From an uncultured Candidatus Saccharibacteria bacterium (GTDB lineage Bacteria; Patescibacteriota; Saccharimonadia; Saccharimonadales; Saccharimonadaceae), in NCBI GenBank assembly GCA_963553465.1, contig CAUVOB010000002.1, forward strand, positions 41,632 through 105,631: 64,000 nucleotides of DNA, in the 5' to 3' direction. Of the stretch, positions 49,309 through 59,936 are shown piece by piece (position 1 is the first letter of the stretch; every line of letters begins with the position of its first letter). The translations under genes and the position numbers were made by a program. Under the pieces are notes generated by a model. It saw only the letters and a program-made list of their open reading frames with translations. It was not told the origin of the DNA and did not search any database.

Positions 49309-51426
49309 ATGGCAATTATTAATCCAAGTGGCAAGGAGATTTTTTCGGTTACTACTGAATTATGCGGGCGGCCGTTGACGCTGGAGGTCAACCGCGTCGG
49401 TTTTCGGACGACGGGCAGCGTGCTGGTGCGCTACGGCGATACAGTGGTTTTGGGCAGTGCCCAGGTGGGCAGCCGGCCGGTGCAGCTGGATTATTTCCCG
49501 CTGTCGATTGATTATGAAGAGCGGTTTTATGCGGCGGGTAAAATTTCTGGCTCGCGGTTTATCAAGCGTGAGGGCCGGCCGAGCGATGAGGCGGTGCTGA
49601 TCGGCCGGTTGATTGACCGTCCGATTCGGCCGCTGTTTCCAAAGGGCTACCGCCAAGAAGTGCAAGTCGTGGCGACGGTGCTCAGCATGGATCCGGATTT
49701 CCGCCCGGACGTGGTGGCGATGATTGCAGCGTCGAGCGCCTTGATGCTGACTGGGACACCGTTTGACGGGCCGGTAGCGGGCTTGCGGGTGGGTCGTGTG
49801 AATGGCGAGTTTAAGGCCTTTTTGACGCCAGAGGAACGTGAGCAATCTGATTTGGATTTGGTGGTGGCGGGTATCGAGAGCGGCATCACCATGGTGGAAG
49901 CCGGCGCTAAGGAGGTATCAGAAGAGGTGATCGTCGACGCCATGGCGTGGGCGCACCAGATGATGCAGCCGGCGATTGCTTTGCAGCGAGAATTGGCAGC
50001 TAAAGTTGCGCCAGCCGCGCAGGAATATGAATTAGTTTTGCCGGACGAAACAATTCAGCAGACGGCTGATGCGTGGGTTGATGGCAAGCTGGGCGAACAA
50101 ATCCGCCGGTCGTATCCAGAGCGCAACGAGCTGATTCGCGATATTCGCGCTGAGTTTCATGAAGCAATGGCCAAAAAACTTGGCATAGATGAAGAAGAGT
50201 ATAGCGAAGTTCGCAATGATTATGATGAGGCGTTCACGCTGGCGCTACACAAAGATGTGCGCCGCGGTATCGTCGAGGAAGGGAAGCGCCCAGATGGCCG
50301 TGCCTTGACGGAAATCCGCCCGCTAAGCTCAGAGGTTGGCTTGCTACCACGAGCGCACGGCTCAAGCTTGTTTACCCGCGGCGTGACGCAGGGTATGAAT
50401 ATCGTCACCTTGGCGCCACTGAGTTACGCGCAGCTGGTTGATACTATGGAGGTCAATGACGGCGAGCGGCGCTATATGCATCATTACAATGCGCCGGGCT
50501 ATACGGTTGGCGAGGTTAAGCGGATGGGCAGCCCGGGGCGGCGCGAAATTGGCCACGGCTACTTGGCGGAACGGGCCTTGACGCCGGTGTTGCCGAGCGA
50601 AGAAGACTTCCCGTACGCTATTCGCAGCGTCACCGAAATTATGAGCCAGAACGGGTCAACATCGATGGCAGCGACCTGCTCGAGCTGCTTGGCGCTGATG
50701 GACGCTGGCGTGCCTTTGAAAGCGCCGGTGAGCGGCATTGCTATGGGTCTGATGATGGACGGTGATACACCGTACGTATTGAGCGATATCGCCGATGCCG
50801 AGGATTTTGCCGGCGATATGGATTTCAAGGTGACCGGTACGGCCAAAGGCATCACGGCGCTCCAGATGGATATGAAAGTGCACGGTTTGCCAGTGGCAGT
50901 GCTGCGCCAAGCGATTGAGCAGAGCAAAGCTGGCCGGGCGCATATTTTGCAGCATATGCTGAGTGTACTGGCTGCGCCACGTGATCAGCTCAGTCCATAT
51001 GCACCACGGATTGAGAAACTAAAGATTAATCCAGATAAAATCGGTGCCGTGATCGGCAAGGGTGGCGAGGTGATCAACAAGATTACCAGTGAGACTGGAG
51101 CTGAGGTTGACATCAAGGAAGACGGTCTCATCACCATTGCCAGCCCGAACGGTGAGTCGATTGAGAGGGCACTTGCCTGGATTAAGAGTTTGGTGGAAGA
51201 GCCAGAAGTTGGTAAGGTCTATGAAGGTACGGTGGTGAGTATCAAAGATTTCGGAGCCTTCGTGAATATTCTGCCGGGGATTGACGGGATGGTGCATATC
51301 TCGAAGCTGGCCGAGGGTCGGGTCGCCAAGGTGACTGATGTGGTCAAGGAAGGCCAGATGGTTCGAGTAAAAATTACCGGCATCGATGAGCGCGGTAAGA
51401 TTAACTTGACGATGATCGGGTTGTAA
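49309..51426 (+). CDS. pnp: Polyribonucleotide nucleotidyltransferase
   Basis: RLIDRPIRPLFP, RREIGHG, GDMDFKV, KH and S1 domains. Confidence 0.97.
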   Translation: MAIINPSGKEIFSVTTELCGRPLTLEVNRVGFRTTGSVLVRYGDTVVLGSAQVGSRPVQLDYFPLSIDYEERFYAAGKISGSRFIKREGRPSDEAVLIGRLIDRPIRPLFPKGYRQEVQVVATVLSMDPDFRPDVVAMIAASSALMLTGTPFDGPVAGLRVGRVNGEFKAFLTPEEREQSDLDLVVAGIESGITMVEAGAKEVSEEVIVDAMAWAHQMMQPAIALQRELAAKVAPAAQEYELVLPDETIQQTADAWVDGKLGEQIRRSYPERNELIRDIRAEFHEAMAKKLGIDEEEYSEVRNDYDEAFTLALHKDVRRGIVEEGKRPDGRALTEIRPLSSEVGLLPRAHGSSLFTRGVTQGMNIVTLAPLSYAQLVDTMEVNDGERRYMHHYNAPGYTVGEVKRMGSPGRREIGHGYLAERALTPVLPSEEDFPYAIRSVTEIMSQNGSTSMAATCSSCLALMDAGVPLKAPVSGIAMGLMMDGDTPYVLSDIADAEDFAGDMDFKVTGTAKGITALQMDMKVHGLPVAVLRQAIEQSKAGRAHILQHMLSVLAAPRDQLSPYAPRIEKLKINPDKIGAVIGKGGEVINKITSETGAEVDIKEDGLITIASPNGESIERALAWIKSLVEEPEVGKVYEGTVVSIKDFGAFVNILPGIDGMVHISKLAEGRVAKVTDVVKEGQMVRVKITGIDERGKINLTMIGL

Positions 51427-51486
51427 CTTTTGCTTTTTGGCAAAGTACGCTACAATAGGAGAATATAAGACTAATTGAGGGGGATT

Positions 51487-52365
51487 ATGGACGATAAGAA
51501 TAATAAAAACGTACCACAACCGACAGCAACACCGCCGGCAGCAAATGAGCAGGCTGCTCCAGTAGCACCACAGCCAGTACCATCGGCTCCACAACCGCAA
51601 CAGCCGCTGCAGCAGGGTGTGCCAATGCAGCCCAAAAAGGGCTTGAGCAAGGGTGCGCTATGGGGTATCATCGGTGGCTCAATTGGTTTGATAGTCATTG
51701 TCGTTGGTATCGTGTTGGCAGTTATATTCCTTGGTGGGCCATCAAAGGCTGATTACCAAGAAGCTGCTAAGGCCATGAAAGAGTTTGATGGTGGTAGCCT
51801 TAATTCAGCACTCAGATCAGCAAGCGCTGATAATGCAAAGAAGCTGATTGAGGAATCGGTGGAGCGTGCTGATACAATGATGAAAAAACTTGATGCATCA
51901 AAGATTATGCGCGACGAGGAGACCAAAAAATCTTTCGGTGAATACAAGACTGCCTACGAAAAAGTACGCCCGAATTTGCTTGCCATTGCCAGTCTGATAG
52001 GAGATATGAAGGACTTTTCTAAGAAGTGCGCACCAAGCTTCTCCGGCTATGTCGGTAAGTCAGGAGACGAAGTAAAGAAACTCTACGATGAAAAGATGAG
52101 CGACTGCTATAAGCTACTCGATAACGTTGCCAAATCAGAACAGAAAGAAGCACAGGACTTTGGCAAGCAAATGAAAGAGTATTACAAGTTGCTGGGTGAT
52201 TACTTCGTGGCACGTGCCAATAAAGACTACACTACTCGGGTACCGCGTCTACCGTCGGGTAGCTCAAATCCACTGGCCGGCTTTGCTAAAAAGATTCAAG
52301 AGTCAAACCTACAGAAACACGAGCGAGAATTCATCAACTTAGTGAAAGAAAAAGCTGAAAAGTAA
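51487..52365 (+). CDS. Membrane-anchored protein with Pro/Gln-rich N-terminus
   Basis: One TM, helical downstream domain; GAGGGG SD. Confidence 0.75.
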   Translation: MDDKNNKNVPQPTATPPAANEQAAPVAPQPVPSAPQPQQPLQQGVPMQPKKGLSKGALWGIIGGSIGLIVIVVGIVLAVIFLGGPSKADYQEAAKAMKEFDGGSLNSALRSASADNAKKLIEESVERADTMMKKLDASKIMRDEETKKSFGEYKTAYEKVRPNLLAIASLIGDMKDFSKKCAPSFSGYVGKSGDEVKKLYDEKMSDCYKLLDNVAKSEQKEAQDFGKQMKEYYKLLGDYFVARANKDYTTRVPRLPSGSSNPLAGFAKKIQESNLQKHEREFINLVKEKAEK

Positions 52366-52385
52366 TTTTCGCCTCAGTATCAAGC

Positions 52386-52415
52386 AAAACACCTCGCATA
52401 GTGACGAGGTGTTTT
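52386..52415 (+). terminator. Intrinsic terminator
   Basis: AAAACACCTCG...CGAGGTGTTTT. Confidence 0.75.
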
Positions 52416-52428
52416 GTATAATAGAAAT

Positions 52429-53007
52429 ATGGATGAGGCAGCGCAACTGGAGGTTTTGGCGGCAGAGATTATCGCTGGTGATATTTGTCGTGACTTGGCG
52501 CTGCAGGCGACGCAGCTGGTGATGGGTGATGGTCGGGCTGACGCAGACATTGTATTTATCGGTGAAGCGCCAGGAAAAAACGAAGACCTTCAGGGCAAAC
52601 CATTCGTTGGGGCAGCTGGTACATTTCTTGACGAGATGTTAGCCGCAGCCCAGTTACGTCGTCAAGATGTCTATATCACCAATATCGTTAAATATCGGCC
52701 GCCAAACAATCGTGACCCGCTTCCGGAGGAGAAGCGCGCTTTTTGGCCGTATTTGATGCGCCAATTGCAAATTATTCAACCAAAGGTAGCCATCACACTG
52801 GGTCGGCATAGTGGCATGGCATTCATTCCTGACTTGGCGATCTCGCGTGATCATGGTAATCCGCGCTGGGCACAATTCAACGGTTTGAAGTTCTTGGTGA
52901 TTCCGCTGTATCATCCGGCAGCGGCGCTGTATAACGGGGCGTTGCGGCAGACGTTAATTGACGATTTTGTGCGGGCGGCGCAATTGGCCGTTCAAGCCAG
53001 CGCTTAG
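52429..53007 (+). CDS. Uracil-DNA glycosylase, family 4-like
   Basis: GEAPG..ED..G.PFVG, TN.VKYRPP.NR, YHPAA. Confidence 0.92.
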   Translation: MDEAAQLEVLAAEIIAGDICRDLALQATQLVMGDGRADADIVFIGEAPGKNEDLQGKPFVGAAGTFLDEMLAAAQLRRQDVYITNIVKYRPPNNRDPLPEEKRAFWPYLMRQLQIIQPKVAITLGRHSGMAFIPDLAISRDHGNPRWAQFNGLKFLVIPLYHPAAALYNGALRQTLIDDFVRAAQLAVQASA

Positions 53008-53149
53008 GCTATTTTGACAAGAGTTGGCGCCCCGTGCTATAATGGACGCAATTGTTAGGGGATAGATTTGTCGTACGTTGCCCCCGTGTCTATCGCCTGT
53101 CATTCTAATTTTGCAAGGTATTTATTTTTATAAAAGGAGAACAATACGC

Positions 53150-55318
53150 ATGGGCCAGAGACGACTTGCGACGCCGAAGGGCGATGATCAGTCAAAACGA
53201 CCAGCTACAAAAAAAAGTAACACAGCGGTGATGAATAGCACCACCACTCGCAAAGGCGAAGTGTTTCGGGCGCAGCGGCGCACGAGTGAGAACGTTAATC
53301 TCAGGGCATCGCAGCACGTGATCGATATTCCGGTCAATAAGTCGGTCTACAACGGCTATGGCGGCGAGCAATTTAGCGCCAAAATGCAGCCAAAGCGCAC
53401 TCGCGGCGGCAAGCCAAAACTACGGATTATCCCAATCGGTGGTGTCGGCGAAATGGGCATCGGTAAAAACATGAACGCCATTGAGTATGACGATGAGATT
53501 ATCGTTGTGGATATGGGTTTCCTATTTCCGGGTAGCGATTATCCAGGTATCAACTATATTACGCCAGATATCACCTGGCTCGAGGAAAATAAGCATAAAA
53601 TCAAGGCGCATGTGTTTACTCACGGGCACCTTGATCACATCGGTTCCTTCCGGCACTTTATCCACCGGATTCCAGCACCGGTCTATGCGTCGAAATTTAC
53701 CATCGGCATGCTGGACAAGTCGATGGCTGATGCGGATACTGATTTTCAGCCGGACTTTCGGGTAATGGACCCATTGAGCCACGAAGTTGTTCAAGTGTCG
53801 AAGCATTTTTCGGTAGAATTGGTGCGGGTGAATCACTCGATTCCAGATTCAACGGCGGTGATCATTCGGACGCCGCTCGGTGTGGTGATTGACTCTGGTG
53901 ACTGGCGGTTCGAGGAAAGTCCGGTTGATGGTCAAAAGTTTGACCTTGAGCGTATGACAGAAATCGCCGCCAAAGAGGGCGTGTTGATGTTCATGAATGA
54001 ATCGACCAACTGTGAATCGGCTGGTACGCACACCCACACCGAGTTTGATATTCAATATTCAATTGGCCAGGTGATGGATAAATTCAGCAACAGCCGGGTG
54101 ATTTTAAGCTGCTTCTCGTCGCAGGTGCACCGTCTACAATTGATTTTGGAAGAAGCGCATAAGCACGGACGCAAGGTGGCGTTTGCGGGCTTTTCAATGA
54201 TTCAGAACTTGGAGGTGGCGCTGCGTTCAGGCACCATCAAGATCCCGAAAAATACCGTCATGAAGATGGAAGATATCATCAAGCTGCCGGATAGCCAGAT
54301 TACCGTGGTTTGTACTGGTTCGCAGGGTGAGTTTAATGCCGTGCTGAGTCGTATGGCGACTGGCGCGCATAAATACATGAAAATCAAAGGCTCTGACGTG
54401 GTGGTGTTTAGCTCTAATCCGATTCCGGGCAATGAGAAAAACGTGGTGCGAACAGTCGATGGCTTAATGCGCGAGGGCTCTGATGTGATTCAGAACGGCA
54501 AGACGCACCTGACGGGGATTGGGCCGCTGCACTTGTCGGGCCATGGTTACTACGACGATCACATCAAGCTGATTAACGCATTGAACCCGACGTACTACAT
54601 GCCAATTCATGGTGAATTCCACATGCTGGTGCACAATGCGCGGCTAGCAGAGAAAGAGTGCGGTATTCCTAGGAAGAATATCTTTGTGTGTGACGCTGGC
54701 GATATTATTGAAATTGACGTTGAACGCCAGGCAAAGAAAGCCGGTCGGATTCAGGTTGGCGGTGTGATGTATGACGACACGGGTGCTATCGTCTCTGAGG
54801 TGGTATTGAAAGATCGCATTCATATGTCTCAGGAGGGTATGTTTGTGGTGGTGTTGACGGTACAGCGTGGCACGGGTCGATTATTGACCAGCCCGGATAT
54901 CATTTCCCGCGGTTTTATTTACCTGCGTGATTCTGAGGAATTGATGAACATGATTCGCCAGTACTTGAAGCAGAAGGCGGCCCGCAGTTTTGCTGGTAAG
55001 TATGATCTTGATGTGGTGAAGAAGGAAATTAAGGATGAAGTTACACATATCTTGTATGACCAGACACGCCGCACACCAATTGTTATCCCGGTAATTAACG
55101 AGGTTGGTGGTTTGAAAACGGTAAAATCGACTACTGTTTCGAATGCTTCTACTGCAAAGACACCGGTGCGCAGCAAAAAACCTACCGTCGCTTCAGCGAC
55201 GGAACCGAAAATGACTCTGCCAACCATGCCGCGCCGTCGCTTCCCGCGCCGCCAAGTACCGGACACCGAGGCGAATGACACCAAGGCTCGAGAGGTCGGC
55301 CGAGTGCGCGCGTACTAG
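53150..55318 (+). CDS. rnj: Ribonuclease J
   Basis: THGHLDHIG, NHSIPD, GSQGE, HLSGH, PIHGE; AAGGAG SD. Confidence 0.95.
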   Translation: MGQRRLATPKGDDQSKRPATKKSNTAVMNSTTTRKGEVFRAQRRTSENVNLRASQHVIDIPVNKSVYNGYGGEQFSAKMQPKRTRGGKPKLRIIPIGGVGEMGIGKNMNAIEYDDEIIVVDMGFLFPGSDYPGINYITPDITWLEENKHKIKAHVFTHGHLDHIGSFRHFIHRIPAPVYASKFTIGMLDKSMADADTDFQPDFRVMDPLSHEVVQVSKHFSVELVRVNHSIPDSTAVIIRTPLGVVIDSGDWRFEESPVDGQKFDLERMTEIAAKEGVLMFMNESTNCESAGTHTHTEFDIQYSIGQVMDKFSNSRVILSCFSSQVHRLQLILEEAHKHGRKVAFAGFSMIQNLEVALRSGTIKIPKNTVMKMEDIIKLPDSQITVVCTGSQGEFNAVLSRMATGAHKYMKIKGSDVVVFSSNPIPGNEKNVVRTVDGLMREGSDVIQNGKTHLTGIGPLHLSGHGYYDDHIKLINALNPTYYMPIHGEFHMLVHNARLAEKECGIPRKNIFVCDAGDIIEIDVERQAKKAGRIQVGGVMYDDTGAIVSEVVLKDRIHMSQEGMFVVVLTVQRGTGRLLTSPDIISRGFIYLRDSEELMNMIRQYLKQKAARSFAGKYDLDVVKKEIKDEVTHILYDQTRRTPIVIPVINEVGGLKTVKSTTVSNASTAKTPVRSKKPTVASATEPKMTLPTMPRRRFPRRQVPDTEANDTKAREVGRVRAY

Positions 55319-55388
55319 CCACGCTTGCTATTTGTTGTAAAATATGCTACAATGTGAACGTCGGTAAAGTGATATAATAAAAATAGTT

Positions 55389-57608
55389 ATGCCAAAAAAA
55401 CGAAAATCTACCCGCAAGAAATCAGTTTCCACAGCTCCAAAGCATGATGTACCGAGCGGCTTTTGGGCGCAAGTTGGCGCGGTGCTGCTCGTTGTGTTAT
55501 CGCTTCTATTGGTGGTGGCGTGGTTTGGTGTTGGTGGTCCGGTGCTGGGGTGGCTACACAAAGCGACTCTGAGCATGCTTGGGTATGCGATGTATGGGCT
55601 GCCAATTTTGCTGATATATATTGCTGTGGAGATTTTCCGCGCGGAGAATAATCGGTTGCCGCTGGCGATGAAATTAGCAGCCATCCTCGAGGTGGTGTGG
55701 CTATCAGGGCTGTTTGGGCTAGTAAAAACACCAGCTCGGCCGGAGGCTGGTGGGTTCATCGGCGATACAGCTAATCGAGCGATGAGTGCCATGGTTGACC
55801 CGGGTATCGCTGCTTTGATATATGTGGTGCTCATTGTCATCACGGCGTTATTTATTACCCAGACGTCGCCGTTTACGGTGATCAAGAAAGTAGCCGAGGC
55901 GTTCAAGCGCGACCACTCCGAGGAGGATAACAATGCGGCGGTGATGAAGAAGGCGGCTCGCGAAGATGCAGCGAGCGCCAAGTCATCGAGCGACATCAAG
56001 TTGAATGCTGGCGTCCCGACCGTCGATCCAGTTATGCCAAAGGATAAAAAACCATCACCATTGAGCAGTCTGCGCGGTAGCGTGGCGCGGGATAAGGCAG
56101 CTGAGGAGCAAGCAGCACTAGTGGCGGCACACGACCCGAATTGGCAGGCACCGAGCCTTGATCTGCTAGAGAAAAAGCAAAGTCCAGCTGACGCTGGTGA
56201 TATTCGGCAAAACGCACAGATTATTCACGATACCCTAGCAGAGTTCAATATTGATGTGGAGATGGAAGACGCAAATATTGGGCCAAAGGTGACGCAGTAT
56301 ACCTTGCGGCCGCCGAGCGGTGTGAAATTGACACGCATCACGGCGCTGGAGACGAATATTGCTTTGAATTTGGCGGCGCAGAGCTTGCGGATTGAAGCTC
56401 CAATTCCTGGACAGAAGGCCGTTGGTATTGAGGTGCCGAACCGCCGAGCCGCTGATGTGCGACTATATGGCGTGTTGGACTCTAAACAGTGGAAGAATGC
56501 CCGCGAACCATTGAGTTTCGCTATCGGTAAAGATATTTCTGGTGAAGCAGTGGTTGGTGAGCTCAACAAAATGCCACATATGTTGATCGCTGGTCAGACC
56601 GGTTCTGGTAAGTCGGTGATGATTAATACCCTATTGACCAGTTTGCTATACCGCAACAGTCCAAGCGATATGAAGTTGATTTTGGTTGACCCGAAGCAGG
56701 TGGAAATGGCACCGTACGAAGACATCCCACATTTGCTGACCCCGGTGATTACTGAGCCAGAAAAGACTATTTCGGCCTTGAAATGGGCGGTCAATGAGAT
56801 GGAGCGGCGCTATAAGCTGTTGGCGGCCGAGAAGATTCGCGATATCAAGGGGTATAATCAGCGCCTCGCCACGCGAGCTAAAAAAATCCCGGTAGCGGAC
56901 GCCGATGGCAACATTCAACAGCACGAAGACGGGGCGATGCCGTACATCGTTATTGTAATTGACGAGCTAGCCGATTTGATGATGGTGGCGGCACGCGACG
57001 TCGAGGCGCTGATCGTTCGCTTGGCGCAGAAAGCGCGGGCGGTGGGTATCCACCTGGTCTTGGCAACGCAGCGGCCGAGCGTTGACGTGATTACTGGTTT
57101 GATCAAGGCGAACGTGCCGGCGCGTATCGGCTTTACCGTGGCGTCACAGGTTGACTCGCGGACCATTCTTGATCAAATTGGCGCCGAGAAACTACTTGGT
57201 CAGGGTGACATGCTGCTGTATACGCCGAGTATGAGCAAGCCAAAGCGCATTCAAGGTGCGTGGGTGACCGATGATGAGGTCAATAAAATTACTGATCACC
57301 TGCGGATGCAGTCAGCACCGCAGTACAATGATGAGGTGGTGGCGCAGCCAGTACAATTAAATGGCAAGGGCGGCCTGGCAGTTGACTTTAGCGGTGGTGG
57401 TGAAGACGAAGCATTTATGGACGCGGTACGGGTGGTGATCGAGGGCGGCAAGGCCTCTACTAGCTATCTACAGCGGCGGCTGCGGATTGGCTACGGTAAG
57501 GCAGCGCGACTGATTGAAGAGATGGAGGAGCGTGGCATTGTCGGCCCAGCGAACGGCTCAAAAGCTCGTGATGTTTTGGTTTCAAGTGTCGACGAGCTAG
57601 GGCAATAG
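55389..57608 (+). CDS. ftsK: DNA translocase FtsK
   Basis: N-terminal TMs, GQTGSGKS, IDELADLM, ATQRPSVDVITG, gamma domain. Confidence 0.96.
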   Translation: MPKKRKSTRKKSVSTAPKHDVPSGFWAQVGAVLLVVLSLLLVVAWFGVGGPVLGWLHKATLSMLGYAMYGLPILLIYIAVEIFRAENNRLPLAMKLAAILEVVWLSGLFGLVKTPARPEAGGFIGDTANRAMSAMVDPGIAALIYVVLIVITALFITQTSPFTVIKKVAEAFKRDHSEEDNNAAVMKKAAREDAASAKSSSDIKLNAGVPTVDPVMPKDKKPSPLSSLRGSVARDKAAEEQAALVAAHDPNWQAPSLDLLEKKQSPADAGDIRQNAQIIHDTLAEFNIDVEMEDANIGPKVTQYTLRPPSGVKLTRITALETNIALNLAAQSLRIEAPIPGQKAVGIEVPNRRAADVRLYGVLDSKQWKNAREPLSFAIGKDISGEAVVGELNKMPHMLIAGQTGSGKSVMINTLLTSLLYRNSPSDMKLILVDPKQVEMAPYEDIPHLLTPVITEPEKTISALKWAVNEMERRYKLLAAEKIRDIKGYNQRLATRAKKIPVADADGNIQQHEDGAMPYIVIVIDELADLMMVAARDVEALIVRLAQKARAVGIHLVLATQRPSVDVITGLIKANVPARIGFTVASQVDSRTILDQIGAEKLLGQGDMLLYTPSMSKPKRIQGAWVTDDEVNKITDHLRMQSAPQYNDEVVAQPVQLNGKGGLAVDFSGGGEDEAFMDAVRVVIEGGKASTSYLQRRLRIGYGKAARLIEEMEERGIVGPANGSKARDVLVSSVDELGQ

Positions 57609-57684
57609 CTAGCTTGACATAATTATTTTTATAGGTTATAATATTTTAAGTGAGAAATTGATTTGTATGTGGAAGGATGGCTAC

Positions 57685-58589
57685 ATGGCGCACATAAGTT
57701 GTAGAAATAATGGAGAATTATCTCCTGATAGTAGAGGCGACAAGTTAAGAAAGCCTCTTGTGCTGGGGTTGCCGCGGTTACGTTAGCCGTATCGGGCATA
57801 CTTGGGTATAGTCTTGGTCGGTCACACGATGTTCCGCCCGCACCATCAGTAGAAAATACCGATGGTGGAACATCCAAAGAGTCCAATGATAATTCAAGAG
57901 CGGAAGAAATCACCTTTACCCTGCCGGAGACCGAAGGCCGTCAAGAAGCAGAGGGCTTTTTAAAGGATCCCAATATAGTCCAGTCTGCGCGCGATGTTGC
58001 TGGACGAGTTCTTACTGCTGCAGGGAAGTCGGTTGATAGTAATGCTGCTCGACTCGTTCGCCAAGATTATTATGATGATCACAATAGGCCTAAACAGCAG
58101 TCAATAACAATTACAGATGATAAGGGACACGTGGTATCGGTTGATGTTGCTCAAGGCGACAAAAGGTTTGGTGGAAGTGAGATCGCAGTAGAAGTTACCA
58201 CTGATATAATTGAGGTCGGCGCAAAGAGTAGACAGACGGATCGGATAACGTGGCGGTTGGATTTTTTGTCTCCAGAACCTGTGGCACATCAGCATATCGA
58301 ATCTCCAGAAGCGCTACTGCCGGCTCTAGAAGGCGTGTTACCGACGAAAGTGGAATGGTCGCACAGACAGACTGATGATGGTTGGTCGGAGACTAAGGAA
58401 ATTACAATCGTTTCACCAAAGTCTGTCTCGCCATCGAGACCAGATTATGAAAGCATAGCGGCGGTACCGGCTAAGGGAGAGATTAATGGTCGGGCCGTGG
58501 AGAGTGCTAAGGTATATGATGCGGCAAAAAGCCTATTTGATCGGCTCGCGACCGATGGTGATATATCCGATATCTTGCCCTCTCAGTAA
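57685..58589 (+). pseudogene. Frameshifted membrane-anchored hypothetical gene
   Basis: ATG 57685 frame stops near 57788; a frame from about 57762 (AGVAAVTLAVSGILG...) is open into ORF 58131-58589. Confidence 0.6.
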
Positions 58590-58590
58590 A

Positions 58591-59400
58591 CTAACGTGCC
58601 GCCAGATATTCACCAAGTAATGTTATTTTGTGGCCAGTTGAGGTAATTTTATTGATGGCGCGGTGTAATGACGGGCCGGCAGCGTCAACGGTCATAAAGA
58701 ATTTATAGTTCCACGGCTGGCCGACGATGGGCTGGGATTGTAGGCTGGTGAGGTTAATGGACTGATCGGCGAATGTGCGGAGTATTTCAAGGAGGCTGCC
58801 TGGCTGATGGGCGGTGGTCACCACAAGCGTTGCTCGATCAGCGTCGGTCGCCGTGGTTATCTGGTCAAGGACCAGGAAACGCGTGATGTTGTCCTGAGCA
58901 TCTTGGATGTGGTGTTTGAGAATTGGCATATTGTATAGTTGGGCAGCGGTTTCGCTAGCAATGGCCGCTAGGTGTGGTGAACCCTGTTGTTTGATAAATT
59001 CGACAGCGCCGGCGGTATCAAAATATTCAATTTGTGTGGCTTGTGGCAGGTGTTCTTGGAGAAATTGATGGCATTGCGACAGAGCGACAGGATGTGAATA
59101 GACAGCAGTGATGTTTTCAAGTTCTGTGCCTGGATTGGTGATGAGGGTTTGTTGAATGGTAAATGTCACTTCACCGACGATGGGAGCGCTGCAAGATTCG
59201 ATGTGACGATAGGTTTCGTTGATGGTGCCGTAAATGGTATTTTCCACTGCCACGACAACGGCGTCGGCCTTACTGCGAGCATAGGCTTGAAAGACGTCGC
59301 CAAAAGTCATGCACGGAACAACGGTAGCGTCAGGTCCGTACCATTGTTTTGCTGCTTGTTCATGAAATGATCCAGCTTGTCCTTGAATGGCGATACGCAT
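58591..59400 (-). CDS. pheA: Prephenate dehydratase (PDT + ACT)
   Basis: QG..GSFH, VENT..G, SHPVALSQC, NITRFL, PGSL, NLT.LQS.P. Confidence 0.88.
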   Translation of the reverse strand: MRIAIQGQAGSFHEQAAKQWYGPDATVVPCMTFGDVFQAYARSKADAVVVAVENTIYGTINETYRHIESCSAPIVGEVTFTIQQTLITNPGTELENITAVYSHPVALSQCHQFLQEHLPQATQIEYFDTAGAVEFIKQQGSPHLAAIASETAAQLYNMPILKHHIQDAQDNITRFLVLDQITTATDADRATLVVTTAHQPGSLLEILRTFADQSINLTSLQSQPIVGQPWNYKFFMTVDAAGPSLHRAINKITSTGHKITLLGEYLAAR

Positions 59401-59536
59401 GAACCCTATTGTAGCATGGTCTGGCGGGGTGTATCACTGGACTTTTACATCAGATTACCGTATAATACGGAGGAATAGTAACCTAAGGTTATGTGCGATA
59501 ACATAACCATCCGTAATGGATTCCAAAGGAGGAAAC

Positions 59537-59899
59537 ATGAACGAATACGAACTGACCGTTCTAGTCCATCCAGATTTGGAAGCAAATCTGGATGCGGCCC
59601 TAGACAAGGTCCGGTCACTCGTCACTACCAATGGTGGCGAAATTACCAAAGAAGACAATTGGGGCAAGAAAAAACTAGCCTATGCAATTCGCCGTGAAGA
59701 CTTTGCGGTGTATGTTTACTTTGAGGTGAAGTTGCCAAGCAGTGCACCGCTCAAGATATCAAATGTTCTAAATATCACCGATGAGGTACTTCGTTATTTG
59801 TTGGTTAAGACTGACGAGAAGACACGCCAGGCGCTTGCTGAGCAGAAAGAGCGCGAAGCTAAGGTCGTCGCTACCGAGGCGGCTGATAAAGAAGCCTAA
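59537..59899 (+). CDS. rpsF: 30S ribosomal protein S6
   Basis: YEL, WGKKKLAY.I, VLRYL; AAGGAGG SD. Confidence 0.95.
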   Translation: MNEYELTVLVHPDLEANLDAALDKVRSLVTTNGGEITKEDNWGKKKLAYAIRREDFAVYVYFEVKLPSSAPLKISNVLNITDEVLRYLLVKTDEKTRQALAEQKEREAKVVATEAADKEA

Positions 59900-59936
59900 C
59901 ATTCGACGCGATACATAATAAAAAAGGAGGGTCATC

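Noticed and set aside
59480..59536. S6:S18-binding leader RNA
   Set aside because: A hairpin (GGTTATGT/ACATAACC) is present, but I cannot match the known motif without a covariance model.
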